Shown here in pieces: positions 29,867 to 42,538 of a stretch of DNA of 64,000 nucleotides (position 1 is the stretch's first letter; every line of letters begins with the position of its first letter). The stretch comes from Flavobacteriales bacterium (lineage in GTDB: Bacteria; Bacteroidota; Bacteroidia; Flavobacteriales_F; PHOS-HE28). Location of the stretch: positions 464 through 64,463 of the forward strand of contig JACJZF010000003.1 in NCBI GenBank assembly GCA_020635725.1. Direction: 5' to 3'. Below the pieces are notes generated by a model, which saw only the letters and a program-made list of their open reading frames with translations, ran no database searches and had not been told where the DNA came from. Position numbers and translations under genes: made by a program.

Positions 29867-31228
29867 TCAGCCGAAGAGGTGCGCGAGCACGTGCTCCACG
29901 CGCGCCACCGGGATGGCTTCGATGCCTTTCACCGGGGCAAGGCCCTTCGCCCCTTTCGGGATGAAGATGCGGGCGAAGCCCAGCTTGGCTGCTTCCGCCA
30001 CGCGCTGCTCCACGCGCGTCACCGGGCGCACTTCGCCGGTGAGGCCCACCTCGCCAGCGAAACAGGTGTCCATGGGCACGGCGATGTCGGCGTTGCTGCT
30101 GAGGATCGCGCAGACCACGGCGAGGTCGATGGCCGGCTCTTCCACGCGGAACCCACCGGCCAGGTTCAGGAACACGTCCTTCGCTCCGAGCCGGAAGCCG
30201 CAGCGTTTCTCCAGCACGGCCAGCAGCATGTTCATGCGGCGCAGGTCGAAGCCGGTGGAGCTGCGCTGGGGCGTGCCGTACACGGCGCTGCTCACCAGCG
30301 CTTGCACCTCGATCAGCAAGGGGCGCATGCCTTCCATGGTCGCGGCCACCACCACGCCGCTCGGGCGGTCGGTGCGGTCGCCGAGCAACACCTGGCTCGG
30401 ATCCTCCACGGCCAGCAGCCCATCGCCGCGCATCTCGTAGATGCCGAGCTCATTGGTGCTGCCGAACCGATTCTTCAATGGCCTGAGCAGACGGTACGCA
30501 TGATCGCGGTCGCCCTCGAATTGCAGCACGCAGTCCACCATGTGCTCCAGCACCTTCGGGCCGGCGATGAAGCCATCCTTGGTGATGTGGCCGATCAGCA
30601 CCATGGGAATGGCGGTGGTCTTGGCGAAGCGCATGAGCTCGGCGGTGCACTCGCGCACCTGCCCGACGCTGCCCGGGCTCGCCTCCAGTGCCGCGGTGTG
30701 CAGGGTCTGCACGCTATCGATCACCACCAGAGCAGGGTTCAGCGCCTCGATGTGCTTGAAGATCGCCTGCGTGTTCGTCTCGGTGAGCACGTAGCAGCCC
30801 TGGCCATCGCCGCCCAGCCGATCGGCTCGCATGCGCACTTGGTGCTCGCTCTCTTCGCCGGAGACGTACAGCGTGCGCAACGCCGGATTGCGCAACGCGG
30901 TCTGCAGCAGCAAAGTGCTCTTCCCGATGCCGGGCTCGCCGCCGATCAGCGTGATGCTCCCGGGCACGATGCCGCCGCCCAGCACCCGGCTGAGCTCCGG
31001 GTCGGCCAAGGGCATTCGTGGACCATCCTGCACAGGGATATCGGCGATCGGGATGGGCTTGGGCACGCGAGCCTTCTGGGAGGAGGCCGCGGCACGGCCT
31101 TCCACGGCGCGCTCCACCACCTCCTCCACCAAGGTGTTCCATTGCTTGCACTGGCCGCATTGGCCGAGCCACTGAGGGTAGGCCGCACCACAATGCTGGC
31201 AAACGAAACGGCTGCGGACCTTAGCCAC
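29867..31228 (-). CDS. radA: DNA repair protein RadA (Sms)
   Basis: 453 aa with a CxxC zinc finger, Walker A 'GEPGIGKST' and a Lon-like C-terminus. Confidence 0.95.
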   Translation of the reverse strand: MAKVRSRFVCQHCGAAYPQWLGQCGQCKQWNTLVEEVVERAVEGRAAASSQKARVPKPIPIADIPVQDGPRMPLADPELSRVLGGGIVPGSITLIGGEPGIGKSTLLLQTALRNPALRTLYVSGEESEHQVRMRADRLGGDGQGCYVLTETNTQAIFKHIEALNPALVVIDSVQTLHTAALEASPGSVGQVRECTAELMRFAKTTAIPMVLIGHITKDGFIAGPKVLEHMVDCVLQFEGDRDHAYRLLRPLKNRFGSTNELGIYEMRGDGLLAVEDPSQVLLGDRTDRPSGVVVAATMEGMRPLLIEVQALVSSAVYGTPQRSSTGFDLRRMNMLLAVLEKRCGFRLGAKDVFLNLAGGFRVEEPAIDLAVVCAILSSNADIAVPMDTCFAGEVGLTGEVRPVTRVEQRVAEAAKLGFARIFIPKGAKGLAPVKGIEAIPVARVEHVLAHLFG

Positions 31229-31724
31229 GGCGGATCCGCTCCACGAGGGCCGTGGTGGAGTAGCCTTCCACCAGCTTCAGGCTGCGCACTTCGCCGCCGC
31301 GGGCCTTCACCACTTCCGCGCCCACGATCCGGTCCTCGCTCCAATCGCCGCCCTTCACGAGCACGTCGGGTTCAACGGCCTTGATCAGCTCCAACGGGGT
31401 GTCCTCCTCGAAGATCACCACCGCGTCAACGAGCCTTAGCGCGGCGATCACCTTCGCGCGGCTGTCCTGGTCGTTCAGCGGCCGGTCATCGCCCTTGCCC
31501 TGGCGGCGCACGCTGGCATCGCTATTCAATCCCACGACCAATCGATCGCCCAGCGCAGCGGCCTCCTGCAGGTACTCCACATGACCACGGTGCAGGATGT
31601 CGAAGCATCCGTTGGTGAACACGATACGGTCGCCCTTCATGCGCCAGATGTTGCACAGGCGCGTGATTCCGGTGCGGTCCACCACGCGGCGGTCGAGGGT
31701 CTCAGCGGCGGTATCGGTGCTCAT
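31221..31724 (-). CDS. D-glycero-beta-D-manno-heptose 1-phosphate adenylyltransferase (RfaE domain II-like cytidylyltransferase)
   Basis: 167 aa ('[16 protein letters not shown]'). Confidence 0.8.
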   Translation of the reverse strand: MSTDTAAETLDRRVVDRTGITRLCNIWRMKGDRIVFTNGCFDILHRGHVEYLQEAAALGDRLVVGLNSDASVRRQGKGDDRPLNDQDSRAKVIAALRLVDAVVIFEEDTPLELIKAVEPDVLVKGGDWSEDRIVGAEVVKARGGEVRSLKLVEGYSTTALVERIRRG

Positions 31725-32740
31725 TTCCGGGCGGGGTTCTGCAGGGCGGTCAAAAGTAGCGACAGGCCGCCGAGCGCCACGATCATGGCCGTCTGCGCCG
31801 CCCAGAGCAGCCAGCCCATGGCCAGGGCATCGGGGCGGAGCAGGCCGCCTCCAGCGGGCGGCGGCATGTACACGCCCACGATCAACGCCACGAAGGCCGG
31901 GTACACACCGATGCCGCCTTGCACCAGGATGATGCCGATGCCGCCGGCGATGAACCCGGCGAGGATCCCCGCGAAGGGCACCTCGCTCATGCCCGGCAGG
32001 CAGTAGAACCCGATCTGGAACATGCCCAGGTAGCCAGCCCAGATCAACAGCGTGTGCGCGGCGAAGAGTCCTTTCTTGTTGGTGCGGAGCACCGTGCGCA
32101 AGCCCTCCATGAAACCGCGCAGGGCCTCCAAGGCACGCGCGCGCAGCGCAGGGCGCGCGCGCAGCAGGATGGCCCCGCCAGCGAGCCCCGCGACCAGCAC
32201 GCCCGCCAGCAACCAGGTCCAGCTGGCGCCCTGGTCCGGCCCGCTGCCCTGTTCGCCTTTGAAGCGCTCGATCTGCGCGCAGAAGAGGTCGAGCTTATCC
32301 AACTGCAGCAAGGCGGCGAGCACCAGCGCGGTCAGCAGCGCGACCATGTCCACCACGCGTTCGGCCATGATCGTGCCGAACCCTTTGTTGAACGGCACGT
32401 CCTCCGAGCGGTAGAGGGCGGCCGCGCGACTGGCCTCTCCGGCACGGGGGAGGAAGAGGTTCATGAAGTAACCGATCATCACGGCATGGTAGCAGGCCCA
32501 GAACCGTGGCCTCATGCCCAACGGCTCCAAGAGGTACCGCCAGCGCCAGGCCCGGCTCACATGGGCCAGCCAGCCCACCAGGGTAGCCACGCCCAGCAGC
32601 GGCAGGTTGGCGGCGCGCAGCGCCTCGAAGAGCTCGTCGCGCTGCTCCGGATTCAGATCGTGGTACTGCTTGTACACGAGCCAGCAACCGATGCCCAGCG
32701 GGATACCCAGCTTGAGCAGGTTGCCCAAGGCGCGTTTCAC
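31721..32740 (-). CDS. UPF0104 / lysylphosphatidylglycerol-synthase-TM-region-like flippase family membrane protein
   Basis: 339 aa, polytopic. Confidence 0.65.
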   Translation of the reverse strand: MKRALGNLLKLGIPLGIGCWLVYKQYHDLNPEQRDELFEALRAANLPLLGVATLVGWLAHVSRAWRWRYLLEPLGMRPRFWACYHAVMIGYFMNLFLPRAGEASRAAALYRSEDVPFNKGFGTIMAERVVDMVALLTALVLAALLQLDKLDLFCAQIERFKGEQGSGPDQGASWTWLLAGVLVAGLAGGAILLRARPALRARALEALRGFMEGLRTVLRTNKKGLFAAHTLLIWAGYLGMFQIGFYCLPGMSEVPFAGILAGFIAGGIGIILVQGGIGVYPAFVALIVGVYMPPPAGGGLLRPDALAMGWLLWAAQTAMIVALGGLSLLLTALQNPARK

Positions 32741-33090
32741 GCGCTCACCTTGTTGGTGCGTTCATCGGGGAACACCACGGTGGGGCGGAATGCCCGCGCC
32801 TCTTCCAAGGTCATGCGAGCGTAGGCCACCACCAGCACGATGTCGCCCACCTTGGCCTTCAGTGCCGCAGGGCCGTTCAGGCAAACCGATCCGCTTCCGC
32901 GCTCGCCTTTGATCACGTACGTCTCCAGACGCTCGCCGTTGTTCACGTTGAGCACCTGCACCTTCTCGCCTTCGATCAGGCCAGCGGCGTCGATCAGGTC
33001 CTCATCCAAGGTGATGCTGCCGATGTAGTTCACATCGGCTTCGGTGATGCGGATGCGATGCAGCTTGGCGCGGAGCACTTCAATGGTCAT
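32737..33090 (-). CDS. panD: Aspartate 1-decarboxylase
   Basis: 117 aa ('[21 protein letters not shown]'). Confidence 0.95.
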   Translation of the reverse strand: MTIEVLRAKLHRIRITEADVNYIGSITLDEDLIDAAGLIEGEKVQVLNVNNGERLETYVIKGERGSGSVCLNGPAALKAKVGDIVLVVAYARMTLEEARAFRPTVVFPDERTNKVSA

Positions 33091-33135
33091 CGGGCAGGAG
33101 GCAAGTGGAATCAGCCTTGGGAAAGGGCCGCAAAG

Positions 33136-34008
33136 CTACAGGCCCACGGCGGAAGCGGTCACCGAACGAGTCAGGGCGATGTTATCGATCAGCCTCACCG
33201 GGCCAAGGCGCACCGCGACCAAGGCGATGGCCGAGCCCAGGTCGCCCCAATCGGTTATGGGCTCCAGCGTATCGCCCCGGGCCACGCCGAGGTACTCCAC
33301 CGTGATGCCTTCCTGGCTGGCGAGATGGTCGCGTGCTGATGCTGTCGCCTTGGCGATCCCCGTGATGGGTGCCTCTTGCTGGAGCAGTTCCAACGCGCGC
33401 GGTATGGCCAGCGCTTGGGCACGCTCCTGCGGCGAGAGGCGCAGGTTGCGCGAGCTAAGCGCCAGCCCATCGGCGGCGCGCACCGTAGGGCAGCCCACGA
33501 TCCGCTCCGGCCAATGCCGATGCGCGGCCACCGCCTGCAGGATGAGCAGCTGCTGGCGGTCCTTCTCCCCGAAATAGGCCGCATCGGGCCGCACGAACCG
33601 GAAGAGCTGGTGCACCACGTTCACCACCCCTTGGAAATGGCCCGGCCGCAGGGGGCCTTCCCAATGCGCATCAAGCCCCAGCAGGTCGTAGGCGTGCGGC
33701 GTGAATCCCTCGAAGAGTGCCTCTTTCACGGGCAGGAAGGCCGCATCGCAACCGGCCTCGCGCAGCAATGCCTCATCCTCCGCGAGCCGCACCGGGTAAT
33801 TGTTGAAATCCGCCGGGTCGTTGAATTGCAGCGGGTTCACGAAGATGCTGCAGACCACTTTCGCGTGCCGATCCCGAGCCCGGCGCACCAGGTCGAGATG
33901 TCCTTCGTGCAGCGCGCCCATGGTGGGCACGAAGCCCAACGAGCGCTCTTCGGCGCGGCACACGGCGGACCATGCGGCCATATCCTGGGGCTGACGGATT
34001 AATTCCAT
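33136..34008 (-). CDS. panC: Pantoate--beta-alanine ligase
   Basis: 290 aa ('VPTMGALHEGHL'). Confidence 0.9.
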   Translation of the reverse strand: MELIRQPQDMAAWSAVCRAEERSLGFVPTMGALHEGHLDLVRRARDRHAKVVCSIFVNPLQFNDPADFNNYPVRLAEDEALLREAGCDAAFLPVKEALFEGFTPHAYDLLGLDAHWEGPLRPGHFQGVVNVVHQLFRFVRPDAAYFGEKDRQQLLILQAVAAHRHWPERIVGCPTVRAADGLALSSRNLRLSPQERAQALAIPRALELLQQEAPITGIAKATASARDHLASQEGITVEYLGVARGDTLEPITDWGDLGSAIALVAVRLGPVRLIDNIALTRSVTASAVGL

Positions 34009-34060
34009 GCGGAAATGCCTGAGAGAGAGGCTGTCGTGGGATGACGCAGGGTGCGTTGCG

Positions 34061-34091
34061 TTGAAGAAGGCCCGAAAAGTCTATATTTTTG
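34061..34091 (+). promoter_or_regulatory. Bacteroidetes sigma-A promoter (-33 TTG 34061-34063; -7 TATTTTTG 34084-34091)
   Basis: 20-nt spacing between the elements. The predicted TSS near 34098 is consistent with the ATG at 34116. Confidence 0.6.
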
Positions 34092-34115
34092 TGCTCCCGA
34101 TTCCCTATTCCCACG

Positions 34116-34940
34116 ATGAGTTTGAAGAACACGAAGGTGCTCACCATCTCCCAGTCCATTTCACCCTTCATGGACATTCCCGAGGAGATGGCGAAGATCT
34201 CCCGCCAACTGCCCCAAGGAATCCTCGATCGCGGCAACGAGATCAGGGTGTTCATGCCCAAGTTCGGCTGCATCAATGAGCGCCGGCACCAATTGCACGA
34301 GGTCATCCGCCTGAGCGGCATGAACCTGATCATCAACGACACCGACCATGCGTTGCTGATCAAGGTGGCCAGCGTGCCCAGCGCCCGCATGCAGGTGTAC
34401 TTCATCGACAACGAGGAGTACTTCAAGCGCAAGGCCGCCACGCATACCGCCGATGGCGACTTCTACCCCGACAACGATGAGCGTGCCCTCTTCTTCGGGC
34501 GCGGCGTGCTCGAGACCGTGCGCAAGCTCGGCTGGGTTCCCGATATCATCCACTGCCACGGCTGGATGACCGCCTTCGTTCCGCTGTACATCCGCCACTA
34601 CTTCGCCGACGACCCGCACTTCGAGAACGCGCGCCTGGTCATGAGCGTGTACGACCAGAAGGCCGAAGCCCTGGATAAGGACATCGCCAAGAAGCTGACC
34701 ATGGAAGGCTTCGACAAGGACGTGGTGAAGGGGCTCACCAAGCCCACCACCGACGACCTCTACAAGCTGGGCATGAGCCTGAGCGACGCGGTGGTGAAGG
34801 CCAGTCCCAAGCTGAGCAAAGGCTTGGAGACGGCCATCAAATCTGCCGATAAGCCCACGCTGAACTATGTCGGCGATGGCGACTTCGTGGGCGCCCATGC
34901 CGATTTCTACCAGGGCGTCATGGAAGCGGCACTCGTGTGA
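34116..34940 (+). CDS. Glycogen/starch synthase catalytic-domain protein (short GlgA-like)
   Basis: Starts 'MSLKNTKVLTISQSISPFMD...IHCHGWMTA'. The short glgA-like gene beside panC is typical of Bacteroidetes. Confidence 0.7.
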   Translation: MSLKNTKVLTISQSISPFMDIPEEMAKISRQLPQGILDRGNEIRVFMPKFGCINERRHQLHEVIRLSGMNLIINDTDHALLIKVASVPSARMQVYFIDNEEYFKRKAATHTADGDFYPDNDERALFFGRGVLETVRKLGWVPDIIHCHGWMTAFVPLYIRHYFADDPHFENARLVMSVYDQKAEALDKDIAKKLTMEGFDKDVVKGLTKPTTDDLYKLGMSLSDAVVKASPKLSKGLETAIKSADKPTLNYVGDGDFVGAHADFYQGVMEAALV

Positions 34941-36283
34941 GTCGCAACGACCTTCTCATTCGGCGAGCGGCCCGTTGGTTTGGCCTGGTCGCGCTACTGG
35001 CGTTCGTAACGGGCTGCCGGAAGCCCGAGCCGGACCAAGGCCTCGACCTCTTGCCCGGGGATCCGCTGGGCGTGGAGGTGGACACCTTCACCGTGCATGC
35101 CTACACCGTGGTGGATTCGGCCATCCGCACCAGCGGTCTCTCCAAGCAGCTGCTCGGCGCGTACATCGACCCCCACTTCGGGCTCGTGAAGGCCGGCTTC
35201 GTCACCCAATGGCGGCTGCCAGCGAATAACATCGGCCAAGGCATCGACACCACCGGACTGGTGGCCGACAGCCTGGTGCTGTCCCTGGCCTTCGACGGAA
35301 TCAACTACGGTTATGGGAACCTGGACCCCCAGGTGTTCCAAGCCTTCGAGGTCGATGAGGCGCTCTCCTTGGATTCATCGTACTACGCCTATCGCGAACC
35401 GGTGACCTTGGGCGCGGACATCGTGGCCAATCGCGGCGGCCGTATCCGTCCCCAGCCCACCACGCAGCCATACATCCTCGGCGACACCCTCGCTCCGCAG
35501 CTGCGCATCCGGCTGGACCAGGCGCTGGCCAACCGTATGATGGATGCCTTCGGCACGGCGGACATGGCGAGCAATGAGGCATTCCTGCAGTTCTTCAAAG
35601 GCATCCACGTCACGGTGGATGAGTCGGGGCTGCTGCCCAATCAGGGCGGGGTGCTGATCTTCGACCTGCTCGCCGAGGCCTCCAAGGCCACGCTGTATTA
35701 CCACGACCTGAATGACGAGCCGGAACTGACGCGGACCTTCGACCTGTTGATCAATTCCAATTGCGTGCGCTACACCGTGAGCGAGCACGATGCCTCGCGC
35801 GCGACGGAACCGGGTCTGCAAGCCGCGATCGATGACACGTTGTCGCCGGCCACCATCACCCATGTGCAAGCGCTCGGAGGGCTGCGCACCGCGGTGCGTT
35901 TCCCTCACATCTTAGAGGAAGCCGGCAGCGACCGCATCCTTGCGAAGGCGGAGCTGATCGCTCCCTTGCAAGGCGCCTTCTACCCGTATTACCGGCCGCC
36001 CACGCAGCTCTTCCTCTTCCGGAAGATCGAAACGGGTGATGCGTTCCTGCCGGATCAACTCAATGGGCTGGGCGTGATCGACGGCGTGTACCGCGAGGAA
36101 TCGAACGGCTACCGCTTCAACATCACGCGCTACGTGCAAGGCTTGATCAACGGCACCTACGTGAATGATGGGCTCACCATGGTGGTGGGTGGAAGCGGCG
36201 TCACGGCGAACCGTGTGGTGCTCAATGGCCCTGCCGCCGCGCAGAGCCCCATGACGCTGCGGCTTACTTTTACCACATACTGA
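34937..36283 (+). CDS. DUF4270-family lipoprotein
   Basis: 448 aa with a GTG start overlapping the glgA stop and a signal peptide plus Cys ('FVTGC'). DUF4270 typically follows glgA-like genes. Confidence 0.6.
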   Translation: MSRNDLLIRRAARWFGLVALLAFVTGCRKPEPDQGLDLLPGDPLGVEVDTFTVHAYTVVDSAIRTSGLSKQLLGAYIDPHFGLVKAGFVTQWRLPANNIGQGIDTTGLVADSLVLSLAFDGINYGYGNLDPQVFQAFEVDEALSLDSSYYAYREPVTLGADIVANRGGRIRPQPTTQPYILGDTLAPQLRIRLDQALANRMMDAFGTADMASNEAFLQFFKGIHVTVDESGLLPNQGGVLIFDLLAEASKATLYYHDLNDEPELTRTFDLLINSNCVRYTVSEHDASRATEPGLQAAIDDTLSPATITHVQALGGLRTAVRFPHILEEAGSDRILAKAELIAPLQGAFYPYYRPPTQLFLFRKIETGDAFLPDQLNGLGVIDGVYREESNGYRFNITRYVQGLINGTYVNDGLTMVVGGSGVTANRVVLNGPAAAQSPMTLRLTFTTY

Positions 36284-36289
36284 AGGCTC

Positions 36290-38123
<1,834 letters not shown>

Positions 38124-38137
<14 letters not shown>

Positions 38138-38537
38138 CTGTTGCGGGTGGGTCGGACCACATCAATACACGCTCATTGGATCGGAACCGGTCCAGGTCCT
38201 TGCTGAAGATGAGATGGCCCAGGTCGATCAGGGCCAGCACGCCGAAGCCGCCGAAGGTGAGCCCGTAAGCGATGGTGACCTTGGTGCTGGTGCCCAGGTA
38301 GAGCCGATGCGCGCCGAAAGGCCCGAGCAGCACGGTGAGTGCCACGGCCACCAGGCGGTCGTGCCTGGGTGCGGCCGCAGCCGACCCCATGGCCGAGGTG
38401 GAGTCCATCGGGAGTTCCACCTCGGTGCGGAAAGGCCCGCCATCATGGGAAACGGCCATCGCCGACGTGTGAAACAGGGCCAGCCCGGCCAGCACCAGCA
38501 GCAGCCGATGGCGCATCCAGCGCAGCGACCGGATCAT
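38124..38537 (-). CDS. TM2 domain-containing membrane protein
   Basis: 137 aa ('LLGPFGAHRLYLG'). Confidence 0.65.
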
Positions 38538-38542
38538 GCGGC

Positions 38543-39151
<609 letters not shown>

Positions 39152-39222
39152 GGATTTGGTCGTTTGCTGGGTTAGTTCCGGTCGACCGCGCTAAGGTATT
39201 CACCGAAAAGCGCCATTCGATT

Positions 39223-39251
39223 TTGCGGTATCGAATAGACATCTACATTTG
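39223..39251 (+). promoter_or_regulatory. Bacteroidetes sigma-A promoter (-33 TTG 39223-39225; -7 TACATTTG 39244-39251)
   Basis: 18-nt spacing between the elements, 30 nt upstream of ATG 39281. Confidence 0.55.
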
Positions 39252-39280
39252 CGGCCACTTTCACCAACCGTACCATCCAC

Positions 39281-39517
39281 ATGTTCAAGAAGTTCGCCCT
39301 TCTCGCCGGTATGGCCGCCTTCGTGGTAGCCTGCGGCCCCTCCCAAGCGGAGATTGAAGCCAAGGCCAAGGCCGCTGCTGACAGCATCGCTGCTGTGCTG
39401 CGCGCTGATAGCATCCGTATGGCTGAGGAAGCCGCTGCTGCTGCAGCTGCTGCCGCTGCCGCCGTCGACAGCACCGTTGCTGCCGGTGAGGAAATGATGC
39501 ACGAAGCGACCCACTAA
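39281..39517 (+). CDS. Small Ala-rich lipoprotein (hypothetical)
   Basis: 78 aa with signal peptide plus lipobox 'FVVAC'. It has its own promoter and terminator. Confidence 0.45.
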   Translation: MFKKFALLAGMAAFVVACGPSQAEIEAKAKAAADSIAAVLRADSIRMAEEAAAAAAAAAAAVDSTVAAGEEMMHEATH

Positions 39518-39540
39518 GCGGGGTTCACAACCGATTGGAG

Positions 39541-39569
39541 AAGGGGCCGCAAGGCCCCTTCTGCTTTTG
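39541..39569 (+). terminator. Rho-independent terminator (bidirectional candidate)
   Basis: aaggggcc-gcaa-ggcccctt followed by CTGCTTTTG. Lies between the converging small lipoprotein gene and ctpA. Confidence 0.65.
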
Positions 39570-39573
39570 CATC

Positions 39574-41205
39574 CTAGCGGTTGGCCGTGGGCCCGGCGCG
39601 GAGCACATCGCGGGCACGCAGGAATACGCTGTCGGCATCGAGCATCACCTCGTAGAAGCCTTCATCGCCCCAGATGTTGCGTGCCATGCCGGCTTTGAGG
39701 CGGGTGACGATCTGACGGCGAGAGCGCTCGAACTCGCCTGCCCGCTCCTTGATGCCCTGCTTACGGGCCTCGTCCCGCAACGCATCGGTCATGGCGGGGG
39801 TGATGGTGTAGCCGCCATTGAAGCTCGCCGGGTCGCCGAGGGCCTTGAGCTTGCTGCGCTCGCGGTCGGCCAGGTCGAAGGCCACTTGGTTCAGGGTTCC
39901 GGAGAAGAACAGGTCGGTGAGGAACTGGGAGCCCTCGGCGGTATCGGCCGGCACGAATACGTCGGGCATCACGCCGCCTCCGCCGTAAACCACGCGGCCG
40001 CTGCGCGTGCGGAACACCTGCGCGCTATCCAGGTGGATGCTATCGGCCGAGAAGAGCTCCCCATGGATGCCGCGCTGCTCGTAGTCGGCGTCATAGTCCA
40101 CGCCGTGGCCGTAAGGTTTCTGGATGCTGCGCCCGCTGGCGGTGTAGTAGCGGGCCGTGGTGAGGCGCACGGCGCTATGGTCGGGCAGGGGCACTTCTTC
40201 CTGCACGAGCCCCTTGCCGAAGGAGCGGCGGCCGATGATCGTCGCGCGGTCGTTGTCCTGCAATGCACCGGCGATGATCTCGCTGGCGCTGGCGGAGCCT
40301 TCGTCGATCAGCACGGCCAGCGGCATGTCCTCGTACCCGCCGCGCGCGGTGGCCTTCAGGTCGCGGCGCTGAGACATGCGGCCTTCGGTGTACACGATCA
40401 CGCGGCCATCGGGCAGGAACTCATCGGCCAGGTCGGCTGCGGCGTTCAGGTAACCGCCGCCGTTGCCGCGCAGGTCCAGCACCAGGCGGGTCATGCCCTG
40501 CTGGCGCAAGCGATCGGCGGCCTCCACGAATTCAGCATGCGTATTCCGCGCGAAGCGGCTGAGCTTGATATAGCCCGTGCCATCGGGGCGAAGCAGGGCC
40601 GCCGCCACGCTGTTGATCGGAATGGCGCCGCGTGTGATCGTGACGTGGAAGGGCTCCTTGGTCCCGCGCCGCGCGATCATCACCTCCACCTTGCTGTCTC
40701 GCGGGCCGCGCAGGCGCTTCATCACGCCATCGTTCGTGATGCCCACGCCGGCTAGGGGCACGCTGTCGGCCATGAGGATGCGGTCGCCGGCCCGGATACC
40801 CAATTGCGCGCTCGGGCCGCCTTCAACCGGGGTGATCACCACCACCGTGTCGTGCTGGATGGCGAACTCCACACCGATGCCATCGAAGCTGCCTTCCAAG
40901 GGTTCCGATGCGGCGCGGAGCTCTTCGGCGCTCAGGTAGTAGCTGTGCGGGTCGAGGCGCTGAAGGATGTCCTGCAGCACCTCCTCCACCAGGGATTCCT
41001 TCTCCACGCTATCCACATACTGGCGGTCGATCAAGTCCAATACCTGACCGATTTTCTCCGCAGCGCCCGGCTGGCGCAGATGGAAGATGGCCAGCGGGCT
41101 TTGTTCGCCGCCGCCGAGGTTGCGCCCGATGAAGAGACCGGCTACCAAAGCCAGGGAGAGCAGCAGCGGGACGTATGGGGAGATCGGGTGCCGTTGGGGT
41201 CGCAT
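39574..41205 (-). CDS. ctpA: S41-family carboxy-terminal processing protease
   Basis: Start at ATG 41205 gives 'MRPQRHPISPYVPLLLSLALVAGLF' (signal/TM), then PDZ and S41 regions ('GSASASEI'). The track ORF to 41439 runs through the dCMP deaminase gene. Confidence 0.85.
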   Translation of the reverse strand: MRPQRHPISPYVPLLLSLALVAGLFIGRNLGGGEQSPLAIFHLRQPGAAEKIGQVLDLIDRQYVDSVEKESLVEEVLQDILQRLDPHSYYLSAEELRAASEPLEGSFDGIGVEFAIQHDTVVVITPVEGGPSAQLGIRAGDRILMADSVPLAGVGITNDGVMKRLRGPRDSKVEVMIARRGTKEPFHVTITRGAIPINSVAAALLRPDGTGYIKLSRFARNTHAEFVEAADRLRQQGMTRLVLDLRGNGGGYLNAAADLADEFLPDGRVIVYTEGRMSQRRDLKATARGGYEDMPLAVLIDEGSASASEIIAGALQDNDRATIIGRRSFGKGLVQEEVPLPDHSAVRLTTARYYTASGRSIQKPYGHGVDYDADYEQRGIHGELFSADSIHLDSAQVFRTRSGRVVYGGGGVMPDVFVPADTAEGSQFLTDLFFSGTLNQVAFDLADRERSKLKALGDPASFNGGYTITPAMTDALRDEARKQGIKERAGEFERSRRQIVTRLKAGMARNIWGDEGFYEVMLDADSVFLRARDVLRAGPTANR

Positions 41206-41207
41206 GG

Positions 41208-41657
41208 TCAGGGCGTGTCCAATTTCCGCACCAGCAGCCCGCCCTTGGTGAGCAGGTCGAGGCCCGAGGGGTCCTTGTAGGCATCCATGTACACCAGCCG
41301 CTTGATGCCCGCCTGCAGGATGAGCTTGCTGCACTCCTTGCAGGGCGAGTGGGTGAGGTATAACGTGGCTCCGCGCGCATTGTTGGTGCTGCGCGCCACT
41401 TTCATGATCGCGTTGGCCTCGGCGTGCAGCACGTACCACAGGGTGATCCCGTTCTCATCCTCGCAATCATTGGGGAATCCGGTGGGCGTGCCGTTGTAGC
41501 CGTCGCTGATGATCATGCCCTCCTTCACGATCAGGGCGCCCACCTGCTTGCGCGTGCAATGGCTCAGGCGCGCCCATTCCTGCGCCATGCGCATGTACGC
41601 GCGATCATAGCGCTCCTGCTTCTTCGGGTCGGAATAGACCAGCGAGTCCTGCTGCAT
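41208..41657 (-). CDS. Deoxycytidylate (dCMP) deaminase
   Basis: Start at ATG 41657 ('MQQDSLVYSDPKKQ...HAEANAI...SPCKECSKLI' zinc-binding motifs). The track start at 41741 would overlap the tRNA. Confidence 0.85.
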   Translation of the reverse strand: MQQDSLVYSDPKKQERYDRAYMRMAQEWARLSHCTRKQVGALIVKEGMIISDGYNGTPTGFPNDCEDENGITLWYVLHAEANAIMKVARSTNNARGATLYLTHSPCKECSKLILQAGIKRLVYMDAYKDPSGLDLLTKGGLLVRKLDTP

Positions 41658-41685
41658 CCCATCATCTGACCAGTTGATCGCCGGA

Positions 41686-42048
41686 TCAGCTGATCGCCGT
41701 TGTACCCAGGGCGGGACTCGAACCCGCACGACTTGCGTCATCGGTGTTTGAGACCGACGCGTCTACCGATTCCGCCACCTGGGTAGGTGTTGATTCACCG
41801 GTGAATCGAGTGCGAAGATCCTTCAGAAATGCCTTTCCCCGGCCGCTCTTAAGGAACTTTTCTCTTTCGCGAGCCACGGGGCGGGTTTCGAAACGCTCAA
41901 CCCAGGGAACTGCGAATGGCCTGTACGCGTCCATTGTCTTCTCCTTCACTCGTTGATGTTCTTCGATGCGACTGACCGCGTTGGTGCTGAGTCCAACGTT
42001 GATATAGTTGCGACTCACGCTGCTCAATGCGTACACCCAGCACGCCAT
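41686..42048 (-). CDS. GIY-YIG nuclease-family small protein (ORF tail reads through tRNA-Leu)
   Basis: From ATG 42048: 'MACWVYALSSVSRNYINVGLSTNAVSRIEEHQ...VAREREKFLKSGRGKAFLKDL', matching GIY-YIG (URI) motifs. The domain ends near 41803. The frame has no stop until 41686, so the last ~39 codons lie over the tRNA on the same strand. Confidence 0.45.
   Translation of the reverse strand: MACWVYALSSVSRNYINVGLSTNAVSRIEEHQRVKEKTMDAYRPFAVPWVERFETRPVAREREKFLKSGRGKAFLKDLRTRFTGESTPTQVAESVDASVSNTDDASRAGSSPALGTTAIS
41703..41784 (-). tRNA. tRNA-Leu (anticodon CAA)
   Basis: Manual fold. Acceptor ACCCAGG/CCTGGGT, D-arm GCG-GAATCGGTAGA-CGC, anticodon stem TCGGT/ACCGA with loop CTCAAAC, long variable arm, T-arm GCGGG-TTCGAGT-CCCGC, discriminator A. 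CCA is not encoded. Confidence 0.85.
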
Positions 42049-42238
42049 GGACATGGTTGGTACACCGAGGGCGCGCCAGACCGCCAGGGGCAGGCCTACC
42101 GATACGGCCTCTGGCAGGCAGGTCCGACATCGCCGGGTAGGGAAGGGGTGCGGAGATAACGGGTTACGACCGCTCAGAGAGCCTGAGCAGGCCATCCACG
42201 CGTTCGTCACTGCCTGCGGGCTCCCGTAACTTCGCTGC

Positions 42239-42538
42239 ATGCCCTCGCCTGCACCGGAGTTCGATCGCCGCATCTTCTGGGATGTGGACTACGACCGCAT
42301 GGACCTGGATGCCAAGTGGCGCTTCGTGATCGAGCGGGTGTTCGAGCGCGGGGACGTGGAGGATATCCGGCAGTGCCGACGATACTATGGTGACGAGAAG
42401 GTGCGGACGGCCTTGCTGGAGGCGAAGTTCCTGCCGGAGCAGACGATGTACTTCGCGAGCGCTATTGTGGCCGAGCCGCTTGAGCGATTCCAATGCTACA
42501 CGAACAGGCGCTCCCGACCGGGACCATACCCGTATTGA
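42239..42538 (+). CDS. Hypothetical small protein, candidate cognate partner (antitoxin-like) of the AbiEii-family gene
   Basis: 99 aa. Its 3' end overlaps the start of the nucleotidyltransferase gene by 46 nt. No confident domain assignment. Confidence 0.4.
   Translation: MPSPAPEFDRRIFWDVDYDRMDLDAKWRFVIERVFERGDVEDIRQCRRYYGDEKVRTALLEAKFLPEQTMYFASAIVAEPLERFQCYTNRRSRPGPYPY

Noticed and set aside
39535-40755. 406-aa plus ORF antisense to ctpA, and similar long antisense ORFs (e.g. 11615..12706, 23206..24726, 33376..34002, 35912..37603, 14356..15318)
   Set aside because: All lie opposite genes with strong family signatures and have Ala/Gly/Arg/His-rich low-complexity translations characteristic of GC-rich antisense frames.
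41686-42273. 195-aa track ORF as a single gene
   Set aside because: The N-terminal 75 residues are not protein-like and the tail overlaps tRNA-Leu. Only the central GIY-YIG-like part (from ATG 42048) is credible.
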